In this document: in pieces, positions 15,920 to 25,283 of the stretch
Layout: every line of letters starts with the position of its first letter
Numbering within the stretch: position 1 is the stretch's first letter
Virus record (IMG/VR): IMGVR_UViG_3300016478_000067
Location: 1 to 54,761 of that record
Origin: a virus
Lineage: Duplodnaviria; Caudoviricetes
Length of the DNA: 54,761 nucleotides
Reading direction: 5' to 3' (one strand)
Program-made: the position numbers and the translations under genes
Notes under the pieces: model-generated
The model's database searches: none
What the model was told of the DNA's origin: nothing
What the model saw: the letters and a program-made list of their open reading frames with translations, nothing else

Positions 15920-16360
15920 TTCTGTATCCGCCGTATCCGGCATCATGGAACAGCGATGGAACACCCTCTCTCGAATGGAAGAACCGGTTCTGTATCCGTG
16001 TTCCATGCACGCGGGGGTAATTCTCTGTCGCAAGTCTGCGACAGCAATATAGTATATATACGGATACAGCGGATACAACGGATACAGAATATACTTCTCC
16101 ATTCGAGAGAAGCTGTATCCGGCACTGTATCCGTTGGTGAATAGGGGCGGATACAGACTGTTCAGACGGCGGACCTCTTCCCACTGGCACCTAGGGTCAA
16201 TCCTAGAATTCCCCCGTACGAGTGCGCGGTGCAAATAAGAGAAGGGGTCTTCGTTGCGTTCTGAATATTCCGGGCTATATTAGTAGCTTGAATATCATCA
16301 GAACGCAACGAAGACCCCAAGGAGAGGCTCGGAGACACATCGGCGGTGTCCCCGGTGCCC
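15920..16360. repeat. Non-coding repeat element copy A (candidate origin/cis-element)
   Basis: 9 CGGATAC/GTATCCG heptamers; palindrome 16025-16044; AT-rich spacer; 21-bp inverted repeat 16244-16264/16298-16318; inverted homolog at 48395-48880. Confidence 0.85.
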
Positions 16361-16362
16361 AG

Positions 16363-18372
16363 TTAGCGCTGTTCGGCTGCTTGGATGTCCCGCTCGATAT
16401 CGGGGAGATCAGCACCGCTCGGTGCAGGCTGCTGCAGGTCGCTCTCGATGCTCGGCATTTCACCCTTACCGCTCGGCGCTGGGAACACAGCCCCAGTAAG
16501 ACCGGTCGTCGCACCGGCCTGCGCTGCAGTTGCCTTCAGTGCTTTCGGGGCTTGTTGCGCTGTGTGTTCTTCCAACAGCTTGACCGCCGCTGCCACCTGG
16601 TGGGGGTCGTGAGCTGCCAGCATGTCCGCCAGTTTAGCCGCAACGCTGTCGGTCATCGTAGCCTTGTTGAGCCCGCGCATCACGGTGCCTACGAGCGATG
16701 GCCAGAAGCTACCAGTGACAGCGCCCGTCACCACTTCTCCGACCCCCGGCTGACTTTCCAGCGCTTCTCTACCCTGCATGGTCTTTGCAGTTTGAGATCC
16801 GCCGAGTACCCGATTGGCTTCAGTGAACAGTTGCGCCTCGCGCTCCAGGGCTGTTTTAAACAGGCGGAACTGTTCCGGGGTGTCGAACAGCGGCATGAGC
16901 TTGGCCTGCATTTCCGGCGAGCCAATCACACCCTGCGCGGCGTTGCGGTTGCTGCTCGGACCCATGATGCTGCCGTAAAGGTTGCGGGCCACCCCGGTGC
17001 GGAACGCCTCCCTCTCTGCCTGGGACATGTCAGCGACCATTTTCGTTATCTGTTCGTGGTCAAGCTTGCCGAAGTCGTTATACCCGGTGCGCATAGCATC
17101 CAGCACTTCCATGTCACCAGCGTAACCCCGGCGTGCCGCAGCGTATTCCGGCACATTCTGGTCAATAGCGTTTACGAATTCCTTGCGCAGCTGACGCAGG
17201 GCGTTCGCTTCCGATTTCGACATACCTTGGCCGTTAAATCCGGATTCAATGGTGGCGTCGATGCCGCGTTTAATGTAATCAAGAGTTCGAACATCCGGGA
17301 GCTGGCGCAGGTTGAATCCCTGAAGCACCGGCAACCCAGTTTGCGGGTCGTTGATGTAAATCGGCTCATGGATGTCCGGTAGCTTGAACCTAGAAGGATC
17401 TTCACCGCGCAGCTTTGCGGCGAGGGCCTCCTTGTTGGCGATATCGCGCGCTTTGTTGTAGAAACCGGCAAAAGAGGGGTCTTTCAGGATCTCAGTGATT
17501 CGGGGGTCGTCAACGGGGCCTGTGGCGTAGGCTTGATCATACAACGTGCCGGCTTTGGACCTCAGCTCTTCCACCAACCGCTGTTCATCGCCGTAGTAGT
17601 CTCCGGGCTGCAAGCCGCGACGAACTTGCTGATATGTGCGCTCGCGTGCGCCGGCTTTCTGTTTGACGAGTTCGCGTTCGAGGGTCTGCGCACCCTGTCC
17701 CGTGCGCTGAGCTACCGCCCGTGCCAGGTCAACCGTGGCCGGGGAGACGTTGGCAAGTCGGGACGGCACCTGCAGCATACGGTCAACAGACATACTGGTC
17801 TCAGCCTGCCTGGGGCTGATGCCCGCATCACGTAGCGCCTGCGCCAGCTTGCCGGTGGCTACGCTTTGCACGTACTCATCACTGGGGGCCAGTCGTTCGC
17901 GTAGCCAGCGTGCACCGGCCCCGGCACCCCTCAGCGCCACAGGGACACCGACCCCAGTCACGCCGCCGAGGATGCCGCCGGCAACCGCGCCGCCTACGCG
18001 CTCACCTTCTTTAGCTGCACCCGCGCCGGCCACCGCACCGCTTCCGGCACCAATAGCTCCGAGCCGGGCGAGTGTCGCCAGTGTGGAGCGGCTGAGTTGT
18101 TGAGCACCCGCCGCCTGCCCACCGGGAATCATCATCGCGGCAACACCGGGGGCGGTCCCGCCGGCAAACTCACCCAGGGTCTGTGCTATCGGGTGCTGCT
18201 TGGCGAACCCGCCGTACTCATTGCGAATCTTGGTCAGCGCTTGGTCGTAGCCTTCGTCACCTAGCTTGGAGCGCAGCCACGCTTCGGCCTCGTCGCCCCA
18301 GCCCATTGCAAGACCCTGACCCAGCACGGCCCGCGTCAGGTTGGCGGCATAGTTAGGTTGATTGTCTGCCAT
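16363..18372 (-). CDS. Putative DNA ejection/internal virion protein
   Basis: Large Ala/Gly-rich helical protein with QGLAMGWGDEAEA N-terminal motif; last gene of the virion block. Confidence 0.65.
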   Translation of the reverse strand: MADNQPNYAANLTRAVLGQGLAMGWGDEAEAWLRSKLGDEGYDQALTKIRNEYGGFAKQHPIAQTLGEFAGGTAPGVAAMMIPGGQAAGAQQLSRSTLATLARLGAIGAGSGAVAGAGAAKEGERVGGAVAGGILGGVTGVGVPVALRGAGAGARWLRERLAPSDEYVQSVATGKLAQALRDAGISPRQAETSMSVDRMLQVPSRLANVSPATVDLARAVAQRTGQGAQTLERELVKQKAGARERTYQQVRRGLQPGDYYGDEQRLVEELRSKAGTLYDQAYATGPVDDPRITEILKDPSFAGFYNKARDIANKEALAAKLRGEDPSRFKLPDIHEPIYINDPQTGLPVLQGFNLRQLPDVRTLDYIKRGIDATIESGFNGQGMSKSEANALRQLRKEFVNAIDQNVPEYAAARRGYAGDMEVLDAMRTGYNDFGKLDHEQITKMVADMSQAEREAFRTGVARNLYGSIMGPSSNRNAAQGVIGSPEMQAKLMPLFDTPEQFRLFKTALEREAQLFTEANRVLGGSQTAKTMQGREALESQPGVGEVVTGAVTGSFWPSLVGTVMRGLNKATMTDSVAAKLADMLAAHDPHQVAAAVKLLEEHTAQQAPKALKATAAQAGATTGLTGAVFPAPSGKGEMPSIESDLQQPAPSGADLPDIERDIQAAEQR

Positions 18373-18378
18373 GTTCTA

Positions 18379-20535
18379 TTACTCCAGATTGCCGGGGGTT
18401 GAATCGGTAGACCGGTAGAGCCCGGATTTGATCTCGATCAGTCGTTTTTCTTCCCGTGCTCGGCGCTCCTTGGCAGCTTTGTAAGCGCGCTGGATGATCT
18501 TGGCCCGGTCTTCCGGAGTCTTAGAGCCTGCGCCCTCCAGCTCCATCAAAATGGCGCGCTCGCCTTCGGTCGGGTTACCACCGAATGTGGTCTTGAGTTT
18601 AGACAGGACTTGGCTACCCAGCAGGTTCTCGACTTCCGACGTGTTCGACAATTTGGGATCTTTAACCCCGGTCTCTTGCAGCAACTTCCGCTGCGCCCGT
18701 TCAATCGCAGTGTTCCCGAATGTATTCGGGTTAAGCTGGTAGGCTCGATTCAGATCTTGCAGGGCGCTGTCCAGACCGGACAGAATGTTTTCAGTTTCTG
18801 TTTTGAGCTGTACTTCGGCCGGAGTCAACTTCTTGGCTTCAGCTTCTTTTAGTTCAACCCCGCGCTGCTGAAGCTGCAGGCTGAGAGTTTTGAACAGGTC
18901 CCCGCCTTCCAGTTTCTTGGTAACATAGTTGTCGACGAATTTGTTAAATTCCGGCGTCCCCTTTTGCAGCCCTGCATCCAATGCTGCTTTGCCCGCCTCG
19001 GATTGGGGGCGACCTGATGCCAGCTCTTCCCTGAGCAGGTCGCGCACAAAACTGGAACGGGTTTTCGCCTCATCGGCAGCCAATTGCCTCGTGGTGGCGA
19101 GGTCTTCACGGGCATTAGTCGCGCGCATTTTTTGCGCTTCAAGCATAAGTTGCAACTGCTGCTTGCGGGCTTCAGACTGCGCGGAGCGAGTTTCTTTCTG
19201 GTGAGCTGCCATCTCTGCACCAGCCAAGGCTACGTTTTCCATAAAGTTTCCGGTCTTGGTTGGTGCACCGAAAGCAGCCGCCAGCCGGAAGTACAACTCT
19301 GCTTTCGACGGTCCCGCGCTTTCCGGGTCTGCCGCAAGCTTGGTCAGCATCTCGTTGAATGCACCGAGTTCCCTATCCGACCGAGCCCGCGCGGTGCGCA
19401 GCTCCTCCGCATACGGTGACGGGGACTGTTCATACCTGGAGAGCATAGCGGCCAGCGGGCTGACTGTCGAGCTGGTCGTCGGCACGTTGGGTTGTGGTGT
19501 CGGCAGCGCAGGGAAGGAAGATGCAGGTCGGGCCAAGATACCCGCCGGAACCAGGGGTGAGAGTCCGAATTTCGTGGACTTTGAAGATCCGACGAAATTG
19601 GCCACTGGGTCTGCAATTCCTTGGGCGGCTGCGTCCTTACGAATCAAATCGACAAGCTCCGGGCTCAGGTTACTGCCGCCCGTAAGTTGGGGCAGGGTCT
19701 GCGGGTCCGATCCGGTTTGGTCCGTATCTACTTCACCGCCTTCGGCGTATTTCTTCACGAGACCGCCCATGCAGTACCCATCACCGCCATCTGAGTCCCC
19801 GCCGTCCGACCCGTCAGAATCTGACCCGTACCCGCCACCCCCGATAGTCCCAACGTCAGGAGCACCACCGAGCGCGCTGAATCCGTTATCAGAGCTGTAG
19901 CTGCTGCCGCCGTTCCAGGTAGGCGTAACAGTGGTCTGAGCCTGTGTCTGACCAGCGGTGGAAGAGATTGCCGGAGCTGCGGATTCCCGCAACACTCCCG
20001 TCAAATTAGGCATCTGCGGTGTGCTATATTTGGGCAGACCAAGCACGCTGTTACCCCAGTAGTTGCCGGTGGCTCGGTAGATGTCTTCACCACTTACGCC
20101 CCACTGGCGTTGGGCGTCGGACACTTCGGCCGGGGTTGCAGATTGGTGCTGCTGAAGCCAGTCACGGATATTGGCGTAGTACTGGTTAGCACCGATACCC
20201 GCCGGGGCGGTAGCAGAGGTATACCCGGCTGAGTTTGCTTTATTCAACGGCAGGGCACCGGTTCCGAACTGAGAGCGGGAATACATCGGGGTGGAGGTCA
20301 GCCGATTACGATACTGTGCGGAGTAGTCGTTGTAGGCTTGTTGGTCCGCGTTGTAGTTCGCCAAGTCGGCGTCGTATTTAGCCTGCAGCTCTTCCAGCGG
20401 GATGCGTTCTTGCGTCCCCGGACGATACACAAGCATGTCCGCCTCCGGTTTGACGGGAGCGGACATCCCACCATACACCAACGCCGGAGTAGACACCCCG
20501 TACTGCTGCATCAGCCGATTAAGTTCGTAGCTCAT
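18379..20535 (-). CDS. Putative internal virion/ejection protein
   Basis: Low-complexity N-half, coiled-coil C-half, AxGG motifs. Confidence 0.6.
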   Translation of the reverse strand: MSYELNRLMQQYGVSTPALVYGGMSAPVKPEADMLVYRPGTQERIPLEELQAKYDADLANYNADQQAYNDYSAQYRNRLTSTPMYSRSQFGTGALPLNKANSAGYTSATAPAGIGANQYYANIRDWLQQHQSATPAEVSDAQRQWGVSGEDIYRATGNYWGNSVLGLPKYSTPQMPNLTGVLRESAAPAISSTAGQTQAQTTVTPTWNGGSSYSSDNGFSALGGAPDVGTIGGGGYGSDSDGSDGGDSDGGDGYCMGGLVKKYAEGGEVDTDQTGSDPQTLPQLTGGSNLSPELVDLIRKDAAAQGIADPVANFVGSSKSTKFGLSPLVPAGILARPASSFPALPTPQPNVPTTSSTVSPLAAMLSRYEQSPSPYAEELRTARARSDRELGAFNEMLTKLAADPESAGPSKAELYFRLAAAFGAPTKTGNFMENVALAGAEMAAHQKETRSAQSEARKQQLQLMLEAQKMRATNAREDLATTRQLAADEAKTRSSFVRDLLREELASGRPQSEAGKAALDAGLQKGTPEFNKFVDNYVTKKLEGGDLFKTLSLQLQQRGVELKEAEAKKLTPAEVQLKTETENILSGLDSALQDLNRAYQLNPNTFGNTAIERAQRKLLQETGVKDPKLSNTSEVENLLGSQVLSKLKTTFGGNPTEGERAILMELEGAGSKTPEDRAKIIQRAYKAAKERRAREEKRLIEIKSGLYRSTDSTPGNLE

Positions 20536-20551
20536 AGGTTCATCCTTGCGT

Positions 20552-21883
20552 TTACGGGGTTGTCAGACCTTTGTACAGCGACAGCCCCTGCGCCAGCTGC
20601 GCCAACGGGGAGGCAGAATAAGTAGCGCCCGAGGTTGTATTCGAGCCCGTGGTGGATGTCGGCGTAATGGGTGCCATACCACGGATTTGAGTGCTGAGCC
20701 AGTCGAGCTGCTGCTTGGGGTACAACTGCTGGGCTTGGTATTGCTGGTAAGCCGCATCCAGCTGTTTTTGCATCTGGTTTTGTTGCGACAATCCGGCAGA
20801 TTCCAGCGCCGCCACGTCGGCGGTGCCCATGGTCTGCCCGAGTTGGGCCATATTGGCCAGCCCGGTAAGTGCGCTTTGCTGCCGCGCCAGATCGGAGCTG
20901 GCAAGCTGACCCGCTTGTGCGCCGAGGTTAGCGTACAGTTGAGCTTGGGCTTGATTCAAGCCACCCATCGTACTGGCCATCTGACCGTACTGAGAGGATC
21001 CCTGCAGCTGTTGGTTAATAGCCTGCTGCTGGGCGTTGGACAGAGCTTGGCCGCCTTGGAGGACCGCCTGTTGCTGGGCCGTGCCCAAGCTACCGGCTGT
21101 GGAAGCCAGCTGTGCTGCACGGGCCTGATCCTGCTGTGCGGCGGTAAGGGCTTGCCCGTAGCCGGACTGTAGCGCCTGCGCTTGTTGGCCGAGTATCGAT
21201 TCTTGGGTGTCTCGCAGAGCACGGGAACCGAACTCACCCATGCGGGTACCCCCGAATTGTCCCGCCCTGACGAAAGCATCAGACACGCCGGGAAGGAGGT
21301 TTTCAGTTAGATTCCTAGCACCGAGTTCAGCGATTCTGTCAGTCACTGCGGTGTTGTACGGATTCATGTAATCCGCCACCCCCTCGTAAGCCCCGCGCGA
21401 GGCTTGCCGGAGGTAGGGGTCGGCCGACTGTAGACCGCCGTACGATATTGCCTGCTGGACATAAGGACTAAGCAGGTTGCCGGCTTTGGAGTAATCCATC
21501 CCTTTAAGGAGACCGGACTGGGTGTCGATATAGGGTTTGGCCGAACCGGCGATATCGATGTTCGAGGCTTTTGCGAAATACGGTGATGCTGCGTCAGATG
21601 CCCCGGTGGAGCCGGCAAGCCCGGCCATACCGGCTTGGGCTTGCTGCAGGGCGGGCTGCCACGCGCCTTGGTTCGCCTGCACCTGCTGGTATGCCTGCTG
21701 CTGCAACGGGGACAGCTCTGCCACCGTCGGCAGCTCGTACGCCTGGTACGGCGCGTTGGCAATGTTGGTTGCGACCTGGATCTGATTATAGATCGCGTCC
21801 TGCATCCACTTCGGGGTCTCGGTAGACGAAGTGGTGTAAGACGTGGCGGTTTGGGGTGCGCCTTGGAACAAACTGTTGGCCAT
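20552..21883 (-). CDS. Putative DNA transfer/pilot protein
   Basis: Gln/Ala-rich; YMNPY and AGQFGGTR motifs typical of podoviral ejection proteins. Confidence 0.65.
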   Translation of the reverse strand: MANSLFQGAPQTATSYTTSSTETPKWMQDAIYNQIQVATNIANAPYQAYELPTVAELSPLQQQAYQQVQANQGAWQPALQQAQAGMAGLAGSTGASDAASPYFAKASNIDIAGSAKPYIDTQSGLLKGMDYSKAGNLLSPYVQQAISYGGLQSADPYLRQASRGAYEGVADYMNPYNTAVTDRIAELGARNLTENLLPGVSDAFVRAGQFGGTRMGEFGSRALRDTQESILGQQAQALQSGYGQALTAAQQDQARAAQLASTAGSLGTAQQQAVLQGGQALSNAQQQAINQQLQGSSQYGQMASTMGGLNQAQAQLYANLGAQAGQLASSDLARQQSALTGLANMAQLGQTMGTADVAALESAGLSQQNQMQKQLDAAYQQYQAQQLYPKQQLDWLSTQIRGMAPITPTSTTGSNTTSGATYSASPLAQLAQGLSLYKGLTTP

Positions 21884-21884
21884 T

Positions 21885-23534
21885 TTAACGGGCCTCCTTC
21901 AAATACGACAGTGGTGACTTGGCGTTCGCGCTGAAATTTCCGGCAGCCATCGATTTCCCTTTATGTTGGCGGACTTGTTGACGCATGGCGTCTAACCTAC
22001 GTGCGCCTTCTTTGGTGCTACCGTCACCCAGTAGGGCCACAGTTTCAGCGTCCATCACGTATTCACCATCCGACAATCTGGCGTCAATGGTGTCAGCTCT
22101 GCCGGAGCCGGAGCCGCGCGCTAGGTAGGCCACCTGCGACAACGCCCCGCCACGGGCCAACCTAGGAACCGGTTGGTTGTACTTGCCGCCGGTAATGAGG
22201 TTCCAGTTCCTGGCCATGTACTCGGGCAGCGCAACACCGGATTTGGCGGCGTCCTGCTGCATGGCGTTCCAATCCCAAGTTACGCTCGGGCGGTTAAAGT
22301 ATTCACGCTGTTCAGGGGACATCGTGGATACCGCCTGTTGAACGGCTGGGGGAGCTGAGGAGAGGGACCCAAGCAAAGTAGCCCCCATCATCAATTCCTT
22401 CGGCCCCAGTTTCCCGAACACGCCCGAGTCTGCGGTCGGGGCGGAGCCGGAACCCTCATACCCATAGTTGGAATTCATGAAAGCCCGGTCAGTCGAGCTA
22501 GCTCCCGCCTGTCTGGCGGACTCCACGGCAGTCTTGGAAGGGCTGTAGCTGGAGTACAGGCCGCTGGCCAGACCTGCCAAGCCCGCACCAGCCAGGGATT
22601 CTCCCGGTTTGAATCCTGCGGCCATCATGTTGCCGAACTGGGAGCCAGCAGTGTTAACCCCGGTGCCGAAAGCACCCGTACCCCCGGCACCCTGCACCTG
22701 GGAACCCAGGTAGCTGCCGAGTGCGCCCTGCGCCGCACCCCGCAAAGCGCCTTGACCAGTCGTAGCACCCATTGCGCCGCCGATGATACCAGACCCGATA
22801 GCGTTCTGAGCAACCTGTCCCATGCCGGGGGCTACCGCGCCACCAATCATGCCGCCTAAGCCCTGCCCCATAGCTCCGAGAGCAGCGCCCTGCAGGGGGT
22901 TCCCGCCAGTTAGCGCCGAACCCAGACCTCCGGTGACCGCCCCACCTAGGATGGCGCTACCGACCGTACCCAACCCCAGACCTAACGCACCACTGATGGC
23001 AGTGCCAACTCCGGGGGCTACGATGCTCAACGCGATCGGGGCCACCGTTTTAATCAGGCTCTTCAGAGAAAAATACTCGGGGAGACCCGTGGCGGGGTTA
23101 ATAGTGCCGCTGCCACCCGAGCGGCGCAGCATATCGGCCTCGCGCGGGTTGATATGCGCCAGCATCGTGTCGCCACCGCGACCGGCTGCCTGGAGCCTCC
23201 GCGCCGCTTGCGCCAGACCGCCGCGAGCGAATCCTTGCTGCTGCAACCTGGACGCCAGCTTGTACATGACAACCAGCAGTGAGACCAGGACCACAGGCTC
23301 AAACTGCTCGGGTAGATCCTCCGGGTCAAGTAGGCCGCTACGTATCGCTTTGTCGCGGATGGACTGGTAGTCCTGCGGAGAAGACAGCGCCGTTTCCAGT
23401 ATGGAAATCAACTGTTGCGCGTCCCCAGCCGTGACGGGCATATCGCCCATTCTTTGTTCCGCCGCAGCTACGGCCTGCGCAATCTGCGGGTTGGTCTCCG
23501 CCACTTGCATCAATTGCTGTTTATTCATGTACAA
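21885..23534 (-). CDS. Putative internal virion protein with Gly-zipper region
   Basis: GRGGDTMLAHINP..TINPATGLPEY and DTIDARLSDGEYV domains; long hydrophobic Gly-rich segment. Confidence 0.65.
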   Translation of the reverse strand: MYMNKQQLMQVAETNPQIAQAVAAAEQRMGDMPVTAGDAQQLISILETALSSPQDYQSIRDKAIRSGLLDPEDLPEQFEPVVLVSLLVVMYKLASRLQQQGFARGGLAQAARRLQAAGRGGDTMLAHINPREADMLRRSGGSGTINPATGLPEYFSLKSLIKTVAPIALSIVAPGVGTAISGALGLGLGTVGSAILGGAVTGGLGSALTGGNPLQGAALGAMGQGLGGMIGGAVAPGMGQVAQNAIGSGIIGGAMGATTGQGALRGAAQGALGSYLGSQVQGAGGTGAFGTGVNTAGSQFGNMMAAGFKPGESLAGAGLAGLASGLYSSYSPSKTAVESARQAGASSTDRAFMNSNYGYEGSGSAPTADSGVFGKLGPKELMMGATLLGSLSSAPPAVQQAVSTMSPEQREYFNRPSVTWDWNAMQQDAAKSGVALPEYMARNWNLITGGKYNQPVPRLARGGALSQVAYLARGSGSGRADTIDARLSDGEYVMDAETVALLGDGSTKEGARRLDAMRQQVRQHKGKSMAAGNFSANAKSPLSYLKEAR

Positions 23535-23540
23535 TGTCTT

Positions 23541-23765
23541 TCAGGCAAGGGATTCGCACATACGCTCTGCCCATTCACGCCACGTAGTAAAATTATAAGG
23601 GTTAGGAAGGTTTCTGCCAAGTGATGTGTTGTTCAAAAACTGCACCCCCCAATTCTGCCAATCCGACTCCAACATCAGCTTACCAAATGTGCCGTACAGG
23701 TCCAAGTCCAGTACAGCGCAGTCAGCCCAGTCGGTAAGAGACATCCCGTGTGGTCTTGTCAGCAT
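23541..23765 (-). CDS. Small virion-module protein
   Basis: Abuts the nozzle gene; Trp-rich. Confidence 0.6.
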   Translation of the reverse strand: MLTRPHGMSLTDWADCAVLDLDLYGTFGKLMLESDWQNWGVQFLNNTSLGRNLPNPYNFTTWREWAERMCESLA

Positions 23766-25283
23766 TTACAACACCGTACCGTCGCCGGATTCTACGTGGG
23801 CTATGATTTGCCCCATCTGGTAGTCCCCGCCAATCACATTGGATTCGAACCGGGCTCGTAGTTCCCTGCGCTGCTCCCTGAGGACTACGATTTGTTCGTT
23901 GGGCACGGATGCTTCATCTACAAACGTTACCGACTGGCCATAAACTTCCGGCGCGCGGGCGTTGGCCCTGCCGGTGATGGTGACCTGCATGTCTCCCGAC
24001 TGTATAAAATCGGGTTCTATCATATGCACCCGCAGCATGCTGTTCTGACCTTGAACTAAAGATGACAGGTCTGCGGTCTCAAAGTATGACTGGACCGGTG
24101 AAATCGAGGTGCCGTCAATCTCATCCACACCCTGTTCGTGCACCCATACCTTATACCCAGTGTTGTGCTGGGTGGAACCCACAAGTATGGGGGCGGCGTA
24201 CGCGTTGTTAAACTGACCGGCCGATCTGCCGTCGGACGGGAGTTCCGTGTCGTACCAGCAGTCTTCGCGCACGTTGTATATCACAGCATGCGTACATTCA
24301 GTGGCAGATCCGCGCGGGTAGCACCACCAAATCTCACCGTAACGAGTGACTTTGAACGCAAAAACCTTTGACCTCTGAGCCGGATTCAGGTTATCGAAGA
24401 ACCAGTTGAGGTTCATCTGGTTTGGCACATCCCTAACAACGCCGTTGAACATCAGGAATCGATCTACGCCGCACCAGAAGAAAACACCGTCGTATTCCAC
24501 TACGCTGTCCGCTGAGATAATAGAAGTGTCGGTGGCTATAGTGTCAAATTGAAATACGGTGCTTCCGCCAGTGAAGCTAGCCCGTATCAGCGCATCATAT
24601 GCCCAGAACAGTCCAGCGGGGGCTGAACCGGACCCTGCACGCAGAGGCATGCCCTTGATGATTTTCTGACCCCACACCCTAGCAATGCCCGACCCAGAGC
24701 CCGTGAGGTTAGACGGGGAGCCGGCAACGGACCACCCAACCACGCCATCAGACCCGTAATAGAACAGGTATGGATGTAGCATCACGATACCGCCAGTGGC
24801 GTTAGCCCCGGAAGGCAGTGTGATGGGGGCGAGGGCAGCCGTGCCGAAGGCGTCCCCATAGTAAATGTTTCCACCGACTGAATTACATGCACATGTGCCA
24901 TTCGGGGCCACGTGCGCCAAGATCGCAGTCCCGTACGATGAGGGCTCATATGCGTACGAAAACATCCACCTGTTGTCAACCGAGACCGGCATCCCGACCG
25001 GTGTCCGGTCGTGTATAGCGGATGAATTCTTACCCGAGTCCAACGTGAAGCTTTCCAGCTTAGCACTGCTGCCGGAATGGCAGTGTTGCATAGATTGCCG
25101 GGTGATACTTGAAAAACCACGGGAGGCACCGGACAATCGCTTACTCACCGCCCTGAAACCGCCCATCTTACGAGGAAGACCCCTCTGGATTCGCATCCAT
25201 TTACCATCGGTGTAGAAGTCTCCGTCGAATTTAGTTCCGTCCCGTTTTATGCCGGGTTTAGAACGCAGAATCAGGGTGGACAT
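23766..25283 (-). CDS. Tail tubular/nozzle (head stabilisation) protein
   Basis: Beta-propeller-like; EIWWCYP...AVIYNVREDCWY pattern; position. Confidence 0.65.
   Translation of the reverse strand: MSTLILRSKPGIKRDGTKFDGDFYTDGKWMRIQRGLPRKMGGFRAVSKRLSGASRGFSSITRQSMQHCHSGSSAKLESFTLDSGKNSSAIHDRTPVGMPVSVDNRWMFSYAYEPSSYGTAILAHVAPNGTCACNSVGGNIYYGDAFGTAALAPITLPSGANATGGIVMLHPYLFYYGSDGVVGWSVAGSPSNLTGSGSGIARVWGQKIIKGMPLRAGSGSAPAGLFWAYDALIRASFTGGSTVFQFDTIATDTSIISADSVVEYDGVFFWCGVDRFLMFNGVVRDVPNQMNLNWFFDNLNPAQRSKVFAFKVTRYGEIWWCYPRGSATECTHAVIYNVREDCWYDTELPSDGRSAGQFNNAYAAPILVGSTQHNTGYKVWVHEQGVDEIDGTSISPVQSYFETADLSSLVQGQNSMLRVHMIEPDFIQSGDMQVTITGRANARAPEVYGQSVTFVDEASVPNEQIVVLREQRRELRARFESNVIGGDYQMGQIIAHVESGDGTVL

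Noticed and set aside
16061-16154. CRISPR-like array
   Set aside because: Repeats are only 7-9 bp, occur in both orientations and lack unique spacers; no cas genes.
15798-16234. ORFs over repeat element A (YPLYPLYP / CIRCIRCI peptides)
   Set aside because: The peptide periodicity simply reflects the 9-bp DNA repeats; open in several frames with no RBS.
19770-19850. Gly/Asp/Ser linker ending in Cys as a possible intein/Hint start
   Set aside because: No Hint blocks or His-Asn terminus follow; better explained as a linker before AxGG tags.
23841-23851. GGTTCGAATCC T-loop-like motif on the minus strand (tRNA?)
   Set aside because: Lies inside the nozzle CDS and no cloverleaf was seen around it.
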